Positions 49,756 to 59,898 of a stretch of DNA of 64,000 nucleotides are shown piece after piece (the stretch's first letter is position 1; every line of letters begins with the position of its first letter). Position numbers and translations under genes: made by a program. This DNA comes from an uncultured delta proteobacterium (GTDB lineage Bacteria > Myxococcota_A > Polyangia > Polyangiales > Polyangiaceae), in the NCBI GenBank assembly GCA_963841435.1, contig CAWJCS010000004.1, forward strand, positions 736,001 to 800,000, given 5' to 3'. The notes under the pieces are model-generated. The model made no database searches, was not told the DNA's origin, and was given only the letters and a program-made list of their open reading frames with translations.

Positions 49756-50013
49756 GCCGGACGGGCCGCGGAGCTGCTCCAGGGGCCTTTTCCATCGGGT
49801 GTCGGGCGGGCACCCGAGAAGGGTCCGGCTCGCCCCGGGACAGCGGGGGCGGCACAAGCCTCAAGGCTTTTGTGCCTGGAAACGAGATCTGCTAGGCGAG
49901 CCGCCAGGGTGCTCCGAAAAAAGAACAGCTCGAGGCAACCGGGTGGCGGCTTGCACCGATGATGCGAATACCGCCGCGCGGCGGAGCAGTTACCCAAGCT
50001 AGGGGACGATACT

Positions 50014-51231
50014 ATGCGCAAGAATCAGTCACTCTCCGGTCTTCTGGTCCTTCTCCCGATGGCTGCCGCGCTTTCTAGCGGCGCATGTGCGGGCGACTTC
50101 GAGGGATGCCAGGCATCTCGATCGTGTCCCGAGACGGGTAAGGCGGGGCAGGGCGGTGCGGGTGGGTCGGTGGGAACGAGCGGCAAGGGCGGCGGGGCCG
50201 TCGTCGGGGGTGGCGAGGCTGGCGAGGGTGGCGAGGGTGGCGAAGCGGGCGTCATGCAGGGCGGCGGCAAGGGAGGCACTTCGTCAGGCACGGCCGAGGC
50301 CGGGATGTCCGGGCAGACCGACGCCCTGGATGAAGGTGGGATGGGTGGCGAGGCCGGCTCCGCGTCGGAGCCGCAAGGGGACTCGACCCCTCCGACGATC
50401 GTGTCGGTGACACCCGAGGACGGCGCGATGGGCGTTGGCGCAGACGCGCCGATCACGGTCACGTTCAGCGAACCGATGAGACGCAGCGCCGCACAGGCCG
50501 GCTATCAGTCCGCAGACCTGTCGGCTTCGAGCGTCACGTTCGACTGGAGCGACGACAGCACCGTGCTCACGATCCAGCACCAGCCCCTCACCGTAGCCGA
50601 AGGGACCGACCCAAGTGACGTCGTTGCCGCCGCGTATCACCTGGCGATGACCGACACCGCCGAAGATCTGGCGGGGAACCGCATGGCTCAGGATTTCGAC
50701 TGGACGTTCACGACAGTGCGGCGCATCAGCCAGATTCTCGTCGCCGAGGGTGACCACGTGCGGCACTTCCACCAGACGGGGAACGTTGCGTGTGGCAATC
50801 ACTACTGGGTCGGTGACGACGCAGACAGGCAGACCTCGTTCGCGCTCACGGAATTCGATCTCTCCGACCTGCCGGGCGACATCGCCGAGTGGGAGGTTGC
50901 GACGTTCGACGCGGACGTCATCGACATCAGTGGAGACCCAACGGATCTGGGGCTTCTGGACATTTCCAGACTGCACGCCGTCCCGCTGACCACTGCGAGC
51001 AGCAACACCCCGTTCACCGCGGTCGTTTCGGTGGCGAACGTCAAACTGGGGCACATCTCGAAAACCCTCCTTCCCGCCCTGCAAGAGGAATTCCAGACCA
51101 TACGGGCCGCGGCTTGGCCCTGGGTCCAATATCGGATCAGCTTTCGCCAGGGGACGGACGGCGACGACGCTTGGGACTGGATCCAGTTCCCGTGCCACTT
51201 CGAGCTTCGGACCCGCTACCTGGTCCCCTGA
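50014..51231 (+). CDS. Lipoprotein with Gly-rich linker, bacterial Ig-like (Big_5-type) domain and C-terminal beta domain
   Basis: SGAC lipobox; DSTPPTIVSVTP.DGA.GV.....ITVTFSEPM...A.DLAGN......W.FTT. Confidence 0.8.
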   Translation: MRKNQSLSGLLVLLPMAAALSSGACAGDFEGCQASRSCPETGKAGQGGAGGSVGTSGKGGGAVVGGGEAGEGGEGGEAGVMQGGGKGGTSSGTAEAGMSGQTDALDEGGMGGEAGSASEPQGDSTPPTIVSVTPEDGAMGVGADAPITVTFSEPMRRSAAQAGYQSADLSASSVTFDWSDDSTVLTIQHQPLTVAEGTDPSDVVAAAYHLAMTDTAEDLAGNRMAQDFDWTFTTVRRISQILVAEGDHVRHFHQTGNVACGNHYWVGDDADRQTSFALTEFDLSDLPGDIAEWEVATFDADVIDISGDPTDLGLLDISRLHAVPLTTASSNTPFTAVVSVANVKLGHISKTLLPALQEEFQTIRAAAWPWVQYRISFRQGTDGDDAWDWIQFPCHFELRTRYLVP

Positions 51232-51265
51232 GCCAACCGACCGAGGCACCCTCGGGCTCCCGCTC

Positions 51266-53006
51266 TCACGAAGCGATGAGTTCGTCCTGGCGACAGCCCG
51301 TCCGCGCCATCGTTGCCGGTGCCCGCGCCGATCCCCGCTACACCCTTACTCCCGAGGTCGAACGTCGCCCCCGAGAGATCCACGGTGCTATCCGCCGAGC
51401 GCAAAACGCCAACGGAGACCCCCCCCGCGCCACCGCCCCCCGCGCCGCCTGCGCCGCCCTTGCCGCCATTGCCGCCGGGCAGCGCCGTGCGCAACTCCCG
51501 TCGCCTGCCGGCGCCGCCATCCTGTCCGACCTCGCCCGCAGCACCTGCGCCGCCATCACCTGCGTTGCCCGTGCTGAGTGAGGTGGCCACCAGGGTCACC
51601 GTCGAAGCGCGTACCAGAAGGGCGATGCTCGCGCCGCCGCCCTTGCCGGCGCCGCCTCCGGTGCCGCCGCAGCCGCCGCAGGCGCCGCTGCCGCCGCCGC
51701 CCGATGGCGCTGCACGCCGCCGCCGCCGCCGCCGCCCTGTCCGGGGCCACCGGTCGGTGCCGGCCGCTGCCGCTGCCAGGGACTCCATCCCGCCGAAGCG
51801 AGGGTCGCCAGGGTAGCGCGCGCACCGAGCGCGTCGGGCCGCCGGGGCGCTCGACCGCCACCTGCCTGCCCGCCGTTGCGCACTCGTGCACTAGGACCGT
51901 TCCGCCCGCCACCAGCAGGATCCGGCGCCGGCCGCTGCGCCTGCCAGCCCTCGGGGACAGTCGCCACCGTCGCCACCAGCACCCCGAACCGAATGCGATG
52001 CCGTCAGCGCAGGCGCAGGCAGTGCTTCGCCGCCGACGATGCCCGTTGCCGGATTCCCATCGAGGCTCCCCACGTGATGATTCGACCCCGGCACCCCCGC
52101 ACTCTCCCCGTTCATCCCGTCGCCCGCGGTGATCGCGACGCGCGAAAACGTGACGCCCTGCGAGCCCGAGACGAACACGGCGACGCTGCTCTGGCCGGGC
52201 GTGTCGGCGTCCGCGGAGACGAACGCGAGGTCCGTCACCGTGACGTTGGTGGCGCCGTTGACGCGGAGGGCGTACCCCGGGTCGCTCGGTGCGATGGTGG
52301 CGCGATGCGCGGCGTCGTAGACCCAGGGGGCGCCGCCGGACGGGCACGCGAAGCCGCCGTGCAGCGCGACGTCGTCGCTCGTTACGTCGACGTGCTCGTC
52401 GAAGGTGCCGCCGCAGACGAAGATGGGGAGCCCCGCCGTGGCGCGGGTGATGGCTTCGCCGAGCGAGGCGAGCGGCGAGTCGGACGAGCCGGCGTTCTGG
52501 TCGTCGCCGGTCGGGGCGACGAAGATCCCGTTCGCGTCGTCGGGCACGCAGCCTGCCGCGAGGGCATCTGGATCACAGGTCGGCGGGCCGCCGCCGCCCG
52601 CTTCGCCGCCGCCACCGCTCATGCCCGTCACGCCGGCGTTGCCGCCTTCGGCGCCGCCCATTCCGCCTTCGCCGCTGGTTCCTGAAAGGCCGCCCATGCC
52701 GCCGCCGCCCGTGCCCCCGGAACCGCCGCCCGAGCTGCCGCTGCCGCCCGTGCCCCCGGAACCGCCGCCCGAGGAGCCTGCCGTGCCCGCCGTGCCTGCC
52801 GTCGCACCCGACGGAGTCCCGCACTCGTAGCTGTTCGCCCCGCAGAACTTCGAGCCAGAGCAACCTTGCGCCGCGCCGATAGCGCCGAGCGCCACGAGCG
52901 CCCCCAGCGTCGACACCCCGGCCAACCGCCGTGTCGCTTGCCTCGCCTGCCCGGAACGCCCGCTCGAAACCACCGGTGCGCGCACCGCGGGTTCGTAACC
53001 TCGCAC
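51266..53006 (-). CDS. Gly-rich (PGRS-like) lipoprotein with DUF1565/beta-helix-like domain; several apparent frameshifts in 51.3-52.05 kb
   Basis: AQGC lipobox, GS linker, GIFVAPTGDDQNAGSSDSPLASL.EAI, then GGGGG.GG.SIAL and GGGAGGVSVG segments in shifting frames. End inferred by removing one base near 51290. Confidence 0.65.
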
Positions 53007-53304
53007 GCGCGATTCTGTCCACTCCTGGGAGCCGCCGCCGGGTACGTGGCTTCGAGCAGCCGCTGGAACACCGAGCGGTTCTGCCCTCGGACGCGAACGA
53101 CGGGTCGCTCCAAACCTCCCGACGTGAGCCCCATCGCCCGTGTCCTCGTGGCGCGTCGCGCGCCTTTTTGGGCCCGGCGCGGATGGGGCCACGTGCACCG
53201 ACCGGTCGCGGTCAGGAACGACCGCGGGTCGGGAGCACTTCCGCGGGACCGGACGGGCTGCGACGGCACACGCCGCCGCGGGCGCGCCCGCAATGAGCCG
53301 CGGT

Positions 53305-53397
53305 GCCGCGCCGCGCCGCGCCGTCCCGCGCAGCGCCCTCGCGCCCCGCCCCGTGCCGCCCCGTCCCGTGCCGCGCCGCGCCGTCCCGCCCCGCGGT
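53305..53397. repeat. Imperfect 5-bp GC-rich tandem repeat (CCGCG/CCGTG/CCGTC units)
   Basis: gccgcgccgcgccgcgccgtcccgcg...gccccgccccgtgccgccccgtcccgtgccgcgccgcgccgtcccgccccgcgg. Confidence 0.7.
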
Positions 53398-53406
53398 GGC
53401 GTCGGG

Positions 53407-54405
53407 TTAGACGAAGCGGAGCGGTTTGCCGGTGCGGTGCTCGTCGCGGGCGAGCTCGAGGTCGTGGTCGGTCATGAGCTTGGCGAGGTCGGCGAAGCTC
53501 GTTTTGGGCTTCCAGCCGAGGACCTCGCGCGCACGCGTGGCGTCGCCGAGCAGGAGATCGACCTCGCTCGGGCGGAGGTAGCGCGGGTCGGTTCGCACGT
53601 GCTCTTTCCAGTCGAGGCCTAGGTGTCCGAACGAGACATCGAGGAACTCGCGCACGCTGTGGGTTTCGCCGGTCGCGATCACGAAGTCCTCGGGCTCTTT
53701 GGCTTGCAGCATGAGCCACATCGCTTCGACGTAGTCCTTCGCATAGCCCCAGTCGCGCTTCGCATCCAGATTGCCGAGCGTGATTGTCTTCTGGAGGCCC
53801 ATCTTGATGCGTCCGGCGGCCCGCGTGATCTTGCGAGTAACGAAGCTTTCTCCGCGCCGCGGCGACTCGTGGTTGAACAGGATGCCGTTGACCGCGAACA
53901 TCTGGTACGCCTCGCGGTAGTTCAGCGTCGAATAGAACGCGAAAGCCTTGGCGGCGGCGTAGGGGCTACGGGGGTGAAACGGCGTCTTTTCCGTTTGTGG
54001 CACTTCCACGACGCGACCGTAGAGCTCGGAGGACGAGGCCTGATAGAAGCGGCAACCCTTCGGCCCCGACTCGCGCAGCGCTTCGAGCACCCGAAGACAT
54101 CCGACGCCCGTCACGTCCGCCGTGTACTCCGGCATGTCGAAGCTCACGCGCACGTGGCTCTGCGCTGCGAGGTTGTACACCTCGCTCGGCGCGGACCTGT
54201 CGAGTGCCTGGCGCAGGCTCGCCGAGTCGTTCAGGTCTGCGTAGTGGAGCGTGAGCGCTTCGCGCGGGAGGTGGTCGATGCGGGCGGTGTTGAAGGAAGA
54301 GGACCGGCGGACGACGCCGTGAACTTCGTACCCCTTCTCGAGCAAGAGCTCGGCGAGGTACGAGCCGTCCTGGCCCGTAATCCCGGTGATAAGCGCCTTA
54401 GGCAT
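53407..54405 (-). CDS. gmd: GDP-mannose 4,6-dehydratase
   Basis: [75 protein letters not shown]. Confidence 0.97.
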   Translation of the reverse strand: MPKALITGITGQDGSYLAELLLEKGYEVHGVVRRSSSFNTARIDHLPREALTLHYADLNDSASLRQALDRSAPSEVYNLAAQSHVRVSFDMPEYTADVTGVGCLRVLEALRESGPKGCRFYQASSSELYGRVVEVPQTEKTPFHPRSPYAAAKAFAFYSTLNYREAYQMFAVNGILFNHESPRRGESFVTRKITRAAGRIKMGLQKTITLGNLDAKRDWGYAKDYVEAMWLMLQAKEPEDFVIATGETHSVREFLDVSFGHLGLDWKEHVRTDPRYLRPSEVDLLLGDATRAREVLGWKPKTSFADLAKLMTDHDLELARDEHRTGKPLRFV

Positions 54406-54540
54406 GACGCCCTGTCTAGCACCCTTTGGCAGGGTTCGGGCGACTCACAGGGTGCATCCGCCCCGCGGTGCGGGGCCGGCGATCATGCGCCGCCGCGCCG
54501 CCCGGCGTGCAACCCCGCCGCCCGCGGCGCCCCCCGCGTG

Positions 54541-56610
54541 TCAGCGTTGTTTGCGTGAGGATGCTGGTTGCGTGAGAGGCCAGGGCGTTAAGAGCGGCAC
54601 GGGGGCCTTGGGGCCGCTCTGGCGGACCGCGCGCTCGCACTCCTCGATCGAGAGGCGGCGCGGTCCGAAGATGCTCGGATCGGCGGCGTCGGCGTCCATC
54701 AGGTCGGAGGGCTGGTCGACGCCGTAGTCGTCGGGATGGCCTGGAAGATCGAGCAGGATGTGACCGATCTCGTGCGCGAGGACGTACGAGCGCGGTCCGG
54801 CGCGGACGGCAGCGCGGTCGATCAAGACGACGTTCTGGATCGCGGCCCCGCCGTCGTCGACGAACGATTCGCCGATGCGCCCCGAGCCGCCGAATGCGGG
54901 GATCAGGAAAACGTCGATCGTGGCGGGGTCGCCGTCATCGACCGCTTTCACGAGCGTGCGCTCCTCGATGGTGCCCGCGCGGGCATCAACGTCCGTGAAG
55001 TGATCGAGACCATCGGCGAGGTCAACCTCGCCGAGGCACGCGGCGAGGGTGCGATCGGACGACAGCGGAGCCGAGCCGTCGAGGCCCAACGTCGCGGGAC
55101 TGCCGTCGCGCGCACGCACGAGCACGTCCGCGCTTCTCAGGGCCGCGCGCTGGGTGCGCGGGTTCGGGCTCACGGTCGCGGAAAAGCCGAGGGCCTCCAC
55201 GGCGTGTGCCACGTGCACCGCAACGTCGATGGGCGTCTCCCCGGGCTCGGTCGTGACCCGCGCGCGGCGCCCGCCCACGGAGAAGCGCAGCTCGCCGCCG
55301 CTGGCGGGCAGCGGAAAGTCGCAACCCACGGCCAGCAGGAAGGGTGGCGGAGGGTCCTCGACGGCGATCGCTTCCGGCGTGACCATGCCGAAGTTCACGC
55401 CGCATTGACCCCAGATGCCGGCTGCCACCTCGATCTCGTGCGCGACCATGTTGCGCGCGCCGCGCTCGTTGCCGCCCACGGCCGGTGCCGCGCCGGGCGC
55501 CCCTCGCAGCACGTGGGTGCGGAGCGTCGCGCGCAGGCGTTCGATCGGGCCGAGCGCCGTGACGCGTGGACCTCCGACGCGCACGCTCGTCGCCCGCCGG
55601 CCGTAGGCACTCACCGTGAGCCGCCCGCCGACTTCGGCCTGGATCGAGCTCGCCGCGAAGCTCGGGTGGCGCCGATCGACCTGGTCGCTCGTGGCGCGGA
55701 TGGGCGCTGTAGTGCGGCATGCGATGAGCGGTGGTGACCCGCTCGGACACGCCGCCGGCTCGAGTGGCAGGCGCGCGATGTGGTCGAGAGCGGAGCCGTC
55801 GGGGCGCGTGCTCGTCAGCGCGACGGCTTCCGGTAGGTCCTCGAGCGGGCCCGCCACCACCCAGCGCAGCGCGTCGGGGTCGCGCGCGGGGGTCGGCCCC
55901 CCGTCGTTGAGCGGCAGGGGCAGCACGCGAGACATGGAAGCGTGGGAGCGCGCCAGGTCCACGCGCGCTCCCTGGTCGTCGACGGCCATCACGTCGAGCA
56001 CGCTCACGCGTCGCGGCACACCATCGATCTCGAGTGTCGTCGCGCCAGGCGCGAGACCCTGAAGGCCGAGTCGCCGCGGGGCTCGCCCGCTGCCGTGCCA
56101 TGGCTTGTTCCCGGCGATGAAGCGGGCGATGCCCCCTTCGAGCCGCCCCACGCGCGAGACCGCCTGAAGGTAGAGCACGCCCGCCGCGCGCCGCCCCAGC
56201 GGGTCTTGTTCCGAGTCCGCCACGCCGTCGTCGTCGTCGTCGTCCAAGTCCGCGAAGACGAGAAACGGAGCGGCGCCGGACTGGGTGCGGGCCTGCGGAA
56301 CGTCGAGGTTGGTCGGATCCTCGCCGCCCGCGTCGGGTGCGTCGTCACGCCGGGTCTTCGGGTCGCCACCCGGGGGGGGCGAGCTCGTGGTTTCCGTCCC
56401 CGATGGGTCCGGTTGCGGCGAAGCCCTGCGCGCGTCGAGGGGCTCGGTGCCCGTGCGCGCCGCGGACTCGGCGCGCGCTGGCGTTGCAGCGGGGCGCCCC
56501 TGAGCTCGCGAGGCCAGGACGAGGAGCCCCGCCGTCAGCAACGCCCACGAGGGCGCGTCCAGGCGCGCTCGCCAGCCCCGAGGTCGGGAAGAAGGGGGAG
56601 CACTCCGCAC
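54541..56610 (-). CDS. Large exported protein with Asp-rich Ca-binding loop and C-terminal HExxH zinc-metalloprotease-like motif
   Basis: N-terminal hydrophobic signal; FADLDDDDDDGVADS; VLAHEIGHILLDLPGHPD...DLM. Start uncertain (56610 or 56709). Confidence 0.65.
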   Translation of the reverse strand: MRSAPPSSRPRGWRARLDAPSWALLTAGLLVLASRAQGRPAATPARAESAARTGTEPLDARRASPQPDPSGTETTSSPPPGGDPKTRRDDAPDAGGEDPTNLDVPQARTQSGAAPFLVFADLDDDDDDGVADSEQDPLGRRAAGVLYLQAVSRVGRLEGGIARFIAGNKPWHGSGRAPRRLGLQGLAPGATTLEIDGVPRRVSVLDVMAVDDQGARVDLARSHASMSRVLPLPLNDGGPTPARDPDALRWVVAGPLEDLPEAVALTSTRPDGSALDHIARLPLEPAACPSGSPPLIACRTTAPIRATSDQVDRRHPSFAASSIQAEVGGRLTVSAYGRRATSVRVGGPRVTALGPIERLRATLRTHVLRGAPGAAPAVGGNERGARNMVAHEIEVAAGIWGQCGVNFGMVTPEAIAVEDPPPPFLLAVGCDFPLPASGGELRFSVGGRRARVTTEPGETPIDVAVHVAHAVEALGFSATVSPNPRTQRAALRSADVLVRARDGSPATLGLDGSAPLSSDRTLAACLGEVDLADGLDHFTDVDARAGTIEERTLVKAVDDGDPATIDVFLIPAFGGSGRIGESFVDDGGAAIQNVVLIDRAAVRAGPRSYVLAHEIGHILLDLPGHPDDYGVDQPSDLMDADAADPSIFGPRRLSIEECERAVRQSGPKAPVPLLTPWPLTQPASSRKQR

Positions 56611-56705
56611 GTCACCCAGTATGTCACCAAGCCTCCGTCGCGTCTTTTGTTCGAGGCGAGCCTCGTTGACGCAAAGCGCTCGCGTTCCGACCGTCGCCGG
56701 CGGGG

Positions 56706-58082
56706 TCAATCGCGCGAGAGAGAACGCGAGGACCGCAAACGCGAGCGCAGCACGCGCAACACGCCTTCTGGGCCGAGCTTGCCGGCGTAGGCGAGCGTGT
56801 CCCTTGCTCGTCGCACCTTGCCGACAACGCGCTCTTCGAGCCCCGCGTCGGGCCCCACGGTCTGCCCGAGGGCGTCGGCGTACCAGGTCGAGAAGGCAAG
56901 GTAACGCTCGAGAGAGTCGTCGGCCGCGCCCGCGAGCGACTCCGGCAGCGCAAGCCCGGCGCCACGGCAGGCGGCGGCATAGAGCCTTTGCCAGTGGGCG
57001 ACCACGACGCGATCCGCGAATCGACCCGCTGCGCGCTGTTGGGCCCCGCGCGACAGCGACGCGCGGAGCGTGGCATCGGCGGCGAGCGCCTTCACCGCGT
57101 AGGCGAAACCCCGGGCGGAGGTCACGATCAGGCCCCCTTGCCCGTGACCGACGACTTCCACCTGGGCGTTGTCGAGCGTGGGAGTCGTATCGGTCACGAC
57201 CGGCAGGCCGTGGAACATGCCTTCCGCCACCGCCAGGCCAAACGATTCTCCAATCCCGGAGCTATGCACCATCAGATCCGACGCTGCATGGACTCGGGCG
57301 ATGCTCTCGAGCTCGAGTGTCGGCTCCACGCACAGGACGCGGCGGCCGAATCGCCGCGTGAGCAACGCGGCTTTCTCCGGCGGAGCCGCCATGAAAAGGA
57401 ACCTGAGCCGTGGTACGCGCTCGAACAGCTCGGGCAGCGCGAGCTCCAGGCGGGTGCTCCACTTTCTGAGGTCGGGGCGGGCGACGCGGCAGCACACGAA
57501 GGCGTCGGCATCGATCCCGAGCGCCGCGCGAGCGACATCCCGTGGCGGCAGCTCCGGCGCGCCGAAGCCGTCCGGCGTGGGCACCGGCAGGTAGACCGCG
57601 CGGTGGCCGCGCTCGTAGAGGGCACGCATGTCCGTCCCCGTCTGGCCGGCCTGCCGCTGCATGCTCGCGAGCGACATGTGTCCCGTGATGGCGGGTGGCT
57701 TGGCCTCGCGGAAGGCGGGGGGCCGCCCAAACACGTTGGTTTCGACGACCACGGGGACTCCGGCTTTTGCGCACAGCTCCTGCACGGTTCGCGAGTAGGC
57801 GCAGTCGCGCTCCGAGCGCACGTAGTGGAGCAAGGCGGGGCGGAACGTCGCGAGCACGTCGGCGAGCCGGCCGAGCTGCCCTTCGAGCTCGGTTGCCCGG
57901 ACCCCGCGGGTCACGAGCCGGTCGTAGCGCGGACCTCCCCAAAGCCCCACGACGAGCACGTCGAACGCCGCGCGATCGAGCAGCGCGGCGCGAACCTCGA
58001 CGGCCTGCTCCGTGCCGCCGAGCCCCCACCCGCCGCCGAGCTCGATCACCCGCAGCCGCGGCGTTTCCGTTGCGAGTTCCAA
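56706..58082 (-). CDS. GT4-family (GT-B) glycosyltransferase
   Basis: GLGGTE, VARPD.RKW, SDLMVHSS.IGESFGLAVAEGM..GLPVV. Start uncertain (58082 or 58142). Confidence 0.82.
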   Translation of the reverse strand: MELATETPRLRVIELGGGWGLGGTEQAVEVRAALLDRAAFDVLVVGLWGGPRYDRLVTRGVRATELEGQLGRLADVLATFRPALLHYVRSERDCAYSRTVQELCAKAGVPVVVETNVFGRPPAFREAKPPAITGHMSLASMQRQAGQTGTDMRALYERGHRAVYLPVPTPDGFGAPELPPRDVARAALGIDADAFVCCRVARPDLRKWSTRLELALPELFERVPRLRFLFMAAPPEKAALLTRRFGRRVLCVEPTLELESIARVHAASDLMVHSSGIGESFGLAVAEGMFHGLPVVTDTTPTLDNAQVEVVGHGQGGLIVTSARGFAYAVKALAADATLRASLSRGAQQRAAGRFADRVVVAHWQRLYAAACRGAGLALPESLAGAADDSLERYLAFSTWYADALGQTVGPDAGLEERVVGKVRRARDTLAYAGKLGPEGVLRVLRSRLRSSRSLSRD

Positions 58083-58191
58083 GAGGCCGTGCGCTCCGAC
58101 ACCGGCTCGACTGCCGGGCCGGCCAGAGTCGTCTTCTAGCACGGGCGTTTGCGGCCCTCGACGACATTGGCGCACGACGAGGGCTGCCACT

Positions 58192-58794
58192 ATGCTCGCC
58201 CGCGTGCGTGCCGCCCTCCAGTTCGCGCTCTGGCGCTTGAGGCTCGTCGAAGCGGATACCCAGACGACCCGCCGCGAACGCGACGCCTTGAGTCGCCACG
58301 CACGCGACTCCTCCCGACCGGTCGAGATTGGCGTGTGGCAGGGCGTGACGACCAAGCGCCTGCGTGCCGCCATGGCGCCGAGCGCGGAGCTCTGGGCAAT
58401 CGATCCGTACGTCGCGGGGCGACTCGGCGTGAGTCTTCCCGAGCTCATCGCGCGTCGCGAGGTGGAATCGGTCGAGAATGGCCGGGTTCGCTGGATCAAG
58501 ATGACCGGGGCCGACGCCGCTTCGCGGTGGACCCTCGAGGGGCGCGAGCCGACCGATTTCGTCTTCGTGGACGGCGACCACAGCTGGGAAGGCATCGAGA
58601 CGGATTGGACGGCCTGGAGCCCTCTCGTCGGCCCCGGCGGCCGGGTAGCACTCCACGATTCGCGTCCGACACCGGCGCGACGGATGGAGGGTGCGGGCAG
58701 CGTCCGCTTCACGCAGGAGCGCATCCTCGTCGATCCCCGGTTTCGCGTGATCGACGAAGTGGACTCGCTCACCGTGGTCGAGCGGCTCGGGTGA
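58192..58794 (+). CDS. Class I SAM-dependent methyltransferase (Methyltransf_24-like)
   Basis: VEIGVWQG.TT, WAIDP, DFVFVDGDHSWEG...D, GG...LHD. Confidence 0.87.
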   Translation: MLARVRAALQFALWRLRLVEADTQTTRRERDALSRHARDSSRPVEIGVWQGVTTKRLRAAMAPSAELWAIDPYVAGRLGVSLPELIARREVESVENGRVRWIKMTGADAASRWTLEGREPTDFVFVDGDHSWEGIETDWTAWSPLVGPGGRVALHDSRPTPARRMEGAGSVRFTQERILVDPRFRVIDEVDSLTVVERLG

Positions 58795-58818
58795 GGGACG
58801 CCCGGGCGAGCTCCTGCC

Positions 58819-59898
58819 ATGAACGTTTGGGTGATTGCCGATGTCTCGCGCGCCGTGCCGGGCGGCATGCGTCGGCACATGGAGTTGCACGCCCTCGGTC
58901 TCGTCCGCGCCGGTCACCGAGCGCGTACCATCTTCAGCGAGGACCTGGTCGGTCTCGAGCGCTTGCTCGACTTTCGTGCGCTGGGCACCCGTAGCTACCT
59001 CTTGCTTCGCGATCGCTACCGAACCGAGCGACCGGACGTCGTCAACGTGCACACGTGGTGCGCGCCAGCCTGGATCCTTGCGCGCCGGGCCGGCCTCGTC
59101 AACGCCAAGATCGTGGTGATGTCCTACGCCGCGGACGAGCCCGCCGTCCCGCTCGTCCGCCCTCGCGATCTGCTGCAGTTCGCGCGCTTTGCCGTGCCCG
59201 CGCGGACGACGTTCCCGCTTGCGGATGGGATCTGGTGCGTGAACCAGGCGGACGTGGACTACTACGTGGGGCGGTACGGCGTCGCACCGCATCGGGTTGC
59301 GCGCTTCCCGCACGCCGTGGCCGACGGGTTTTACGCACCCGAGCCGCAGCCTTTGCGCCGACCCCGACAAGTGCTGTTCGTCGGGACGTGGATCCACAGA
59401 AAGGGCGTCGACGTGCTCGCCGCAGCACTGAAGCGCGTCGTCGTGGAGCTGCCGGACATCGAGGTCGTGATCGCAGGCACCGTCTCAGACGAGCAGGCAG
59501 TCGTCGCCGACCTGGCGCCCGACGTGGCGGCCAGAACGCGCGTGATCCCGCTGGCGGACGACGACACGCTGCGCGCACTTTACCGGGAGAGCGCCCTGCT
59601 GCTCTTGCCGTCGCGCCGCGAAGGTCTGCCCATCACCATGTTGGAGGCGATGGCATCGGGCTGTCCGCCGCTCGCCGCCGCGAACTCCGGGATGGTAGAT
59701 GTCATCAGGCCGGGAAAAAATGGCTGGCTCGAGAGCTCGTTCGATCCGTCACGTTGGGCCGCCCGCGTCGTCGAGATCCTGAGGAACGAAGACGGCCTCG
59801 CCGCCGCCTCGCGTGGGGCGCGTCAAAACGCCGAAGCATTCCGCGTCAACGCCGTGGCGGCGGAGGTTGCGCGCTTCTATCAGGCGCTCGAGCGCTGA
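58819..59898 (+). CDS. GT4-family glycosyltransferase
   Basis: PGG, PDVVNVH, LFVG....RKG, LPS..EG.P...LEAMA.G.P. Confidence 0.9.
   Translation: MNVWVIADVSRAVPGGMRRHMELHALGLVRAGHRARTIFSEDLVGLERLLDFRALGTRSYLLLRDRYRTERPDVVNVHTWCAPAWILARRAGLVNAKIVVMSYAADEPAVPLVRPRDLLQFARFAVPARTTFPLADGIWCVNQADVDYYVGRYGVAPHRVARFPHAVADGFYAPEPQPLRRPRQVLFVGTWIHRKGVDVLAAALKRVVVELPDIEVVIAGTVSDEQAVVADLAPDVAARTRVIPLADDDTLRALYRESALLLLPSRREGLPITMLEAMASGCPPLAAANSGMVDVIRPGKNGWLESSFDPSRWAARVVEILRNEDGLAAASRGARQNAEAFRVNAVAAEVARFYQALER

Noticed and set aside
53305-53397. CRISPR array
   Set aside because: 5-bp low-complexity tandem units with no spacers and no cas genes.
54450-54515. tRNA gene
   Set aside because: Cloverleaf-like pairing but no T-loop GTTCRA, no 7-nt anticodon loop and no conserved D-loop.
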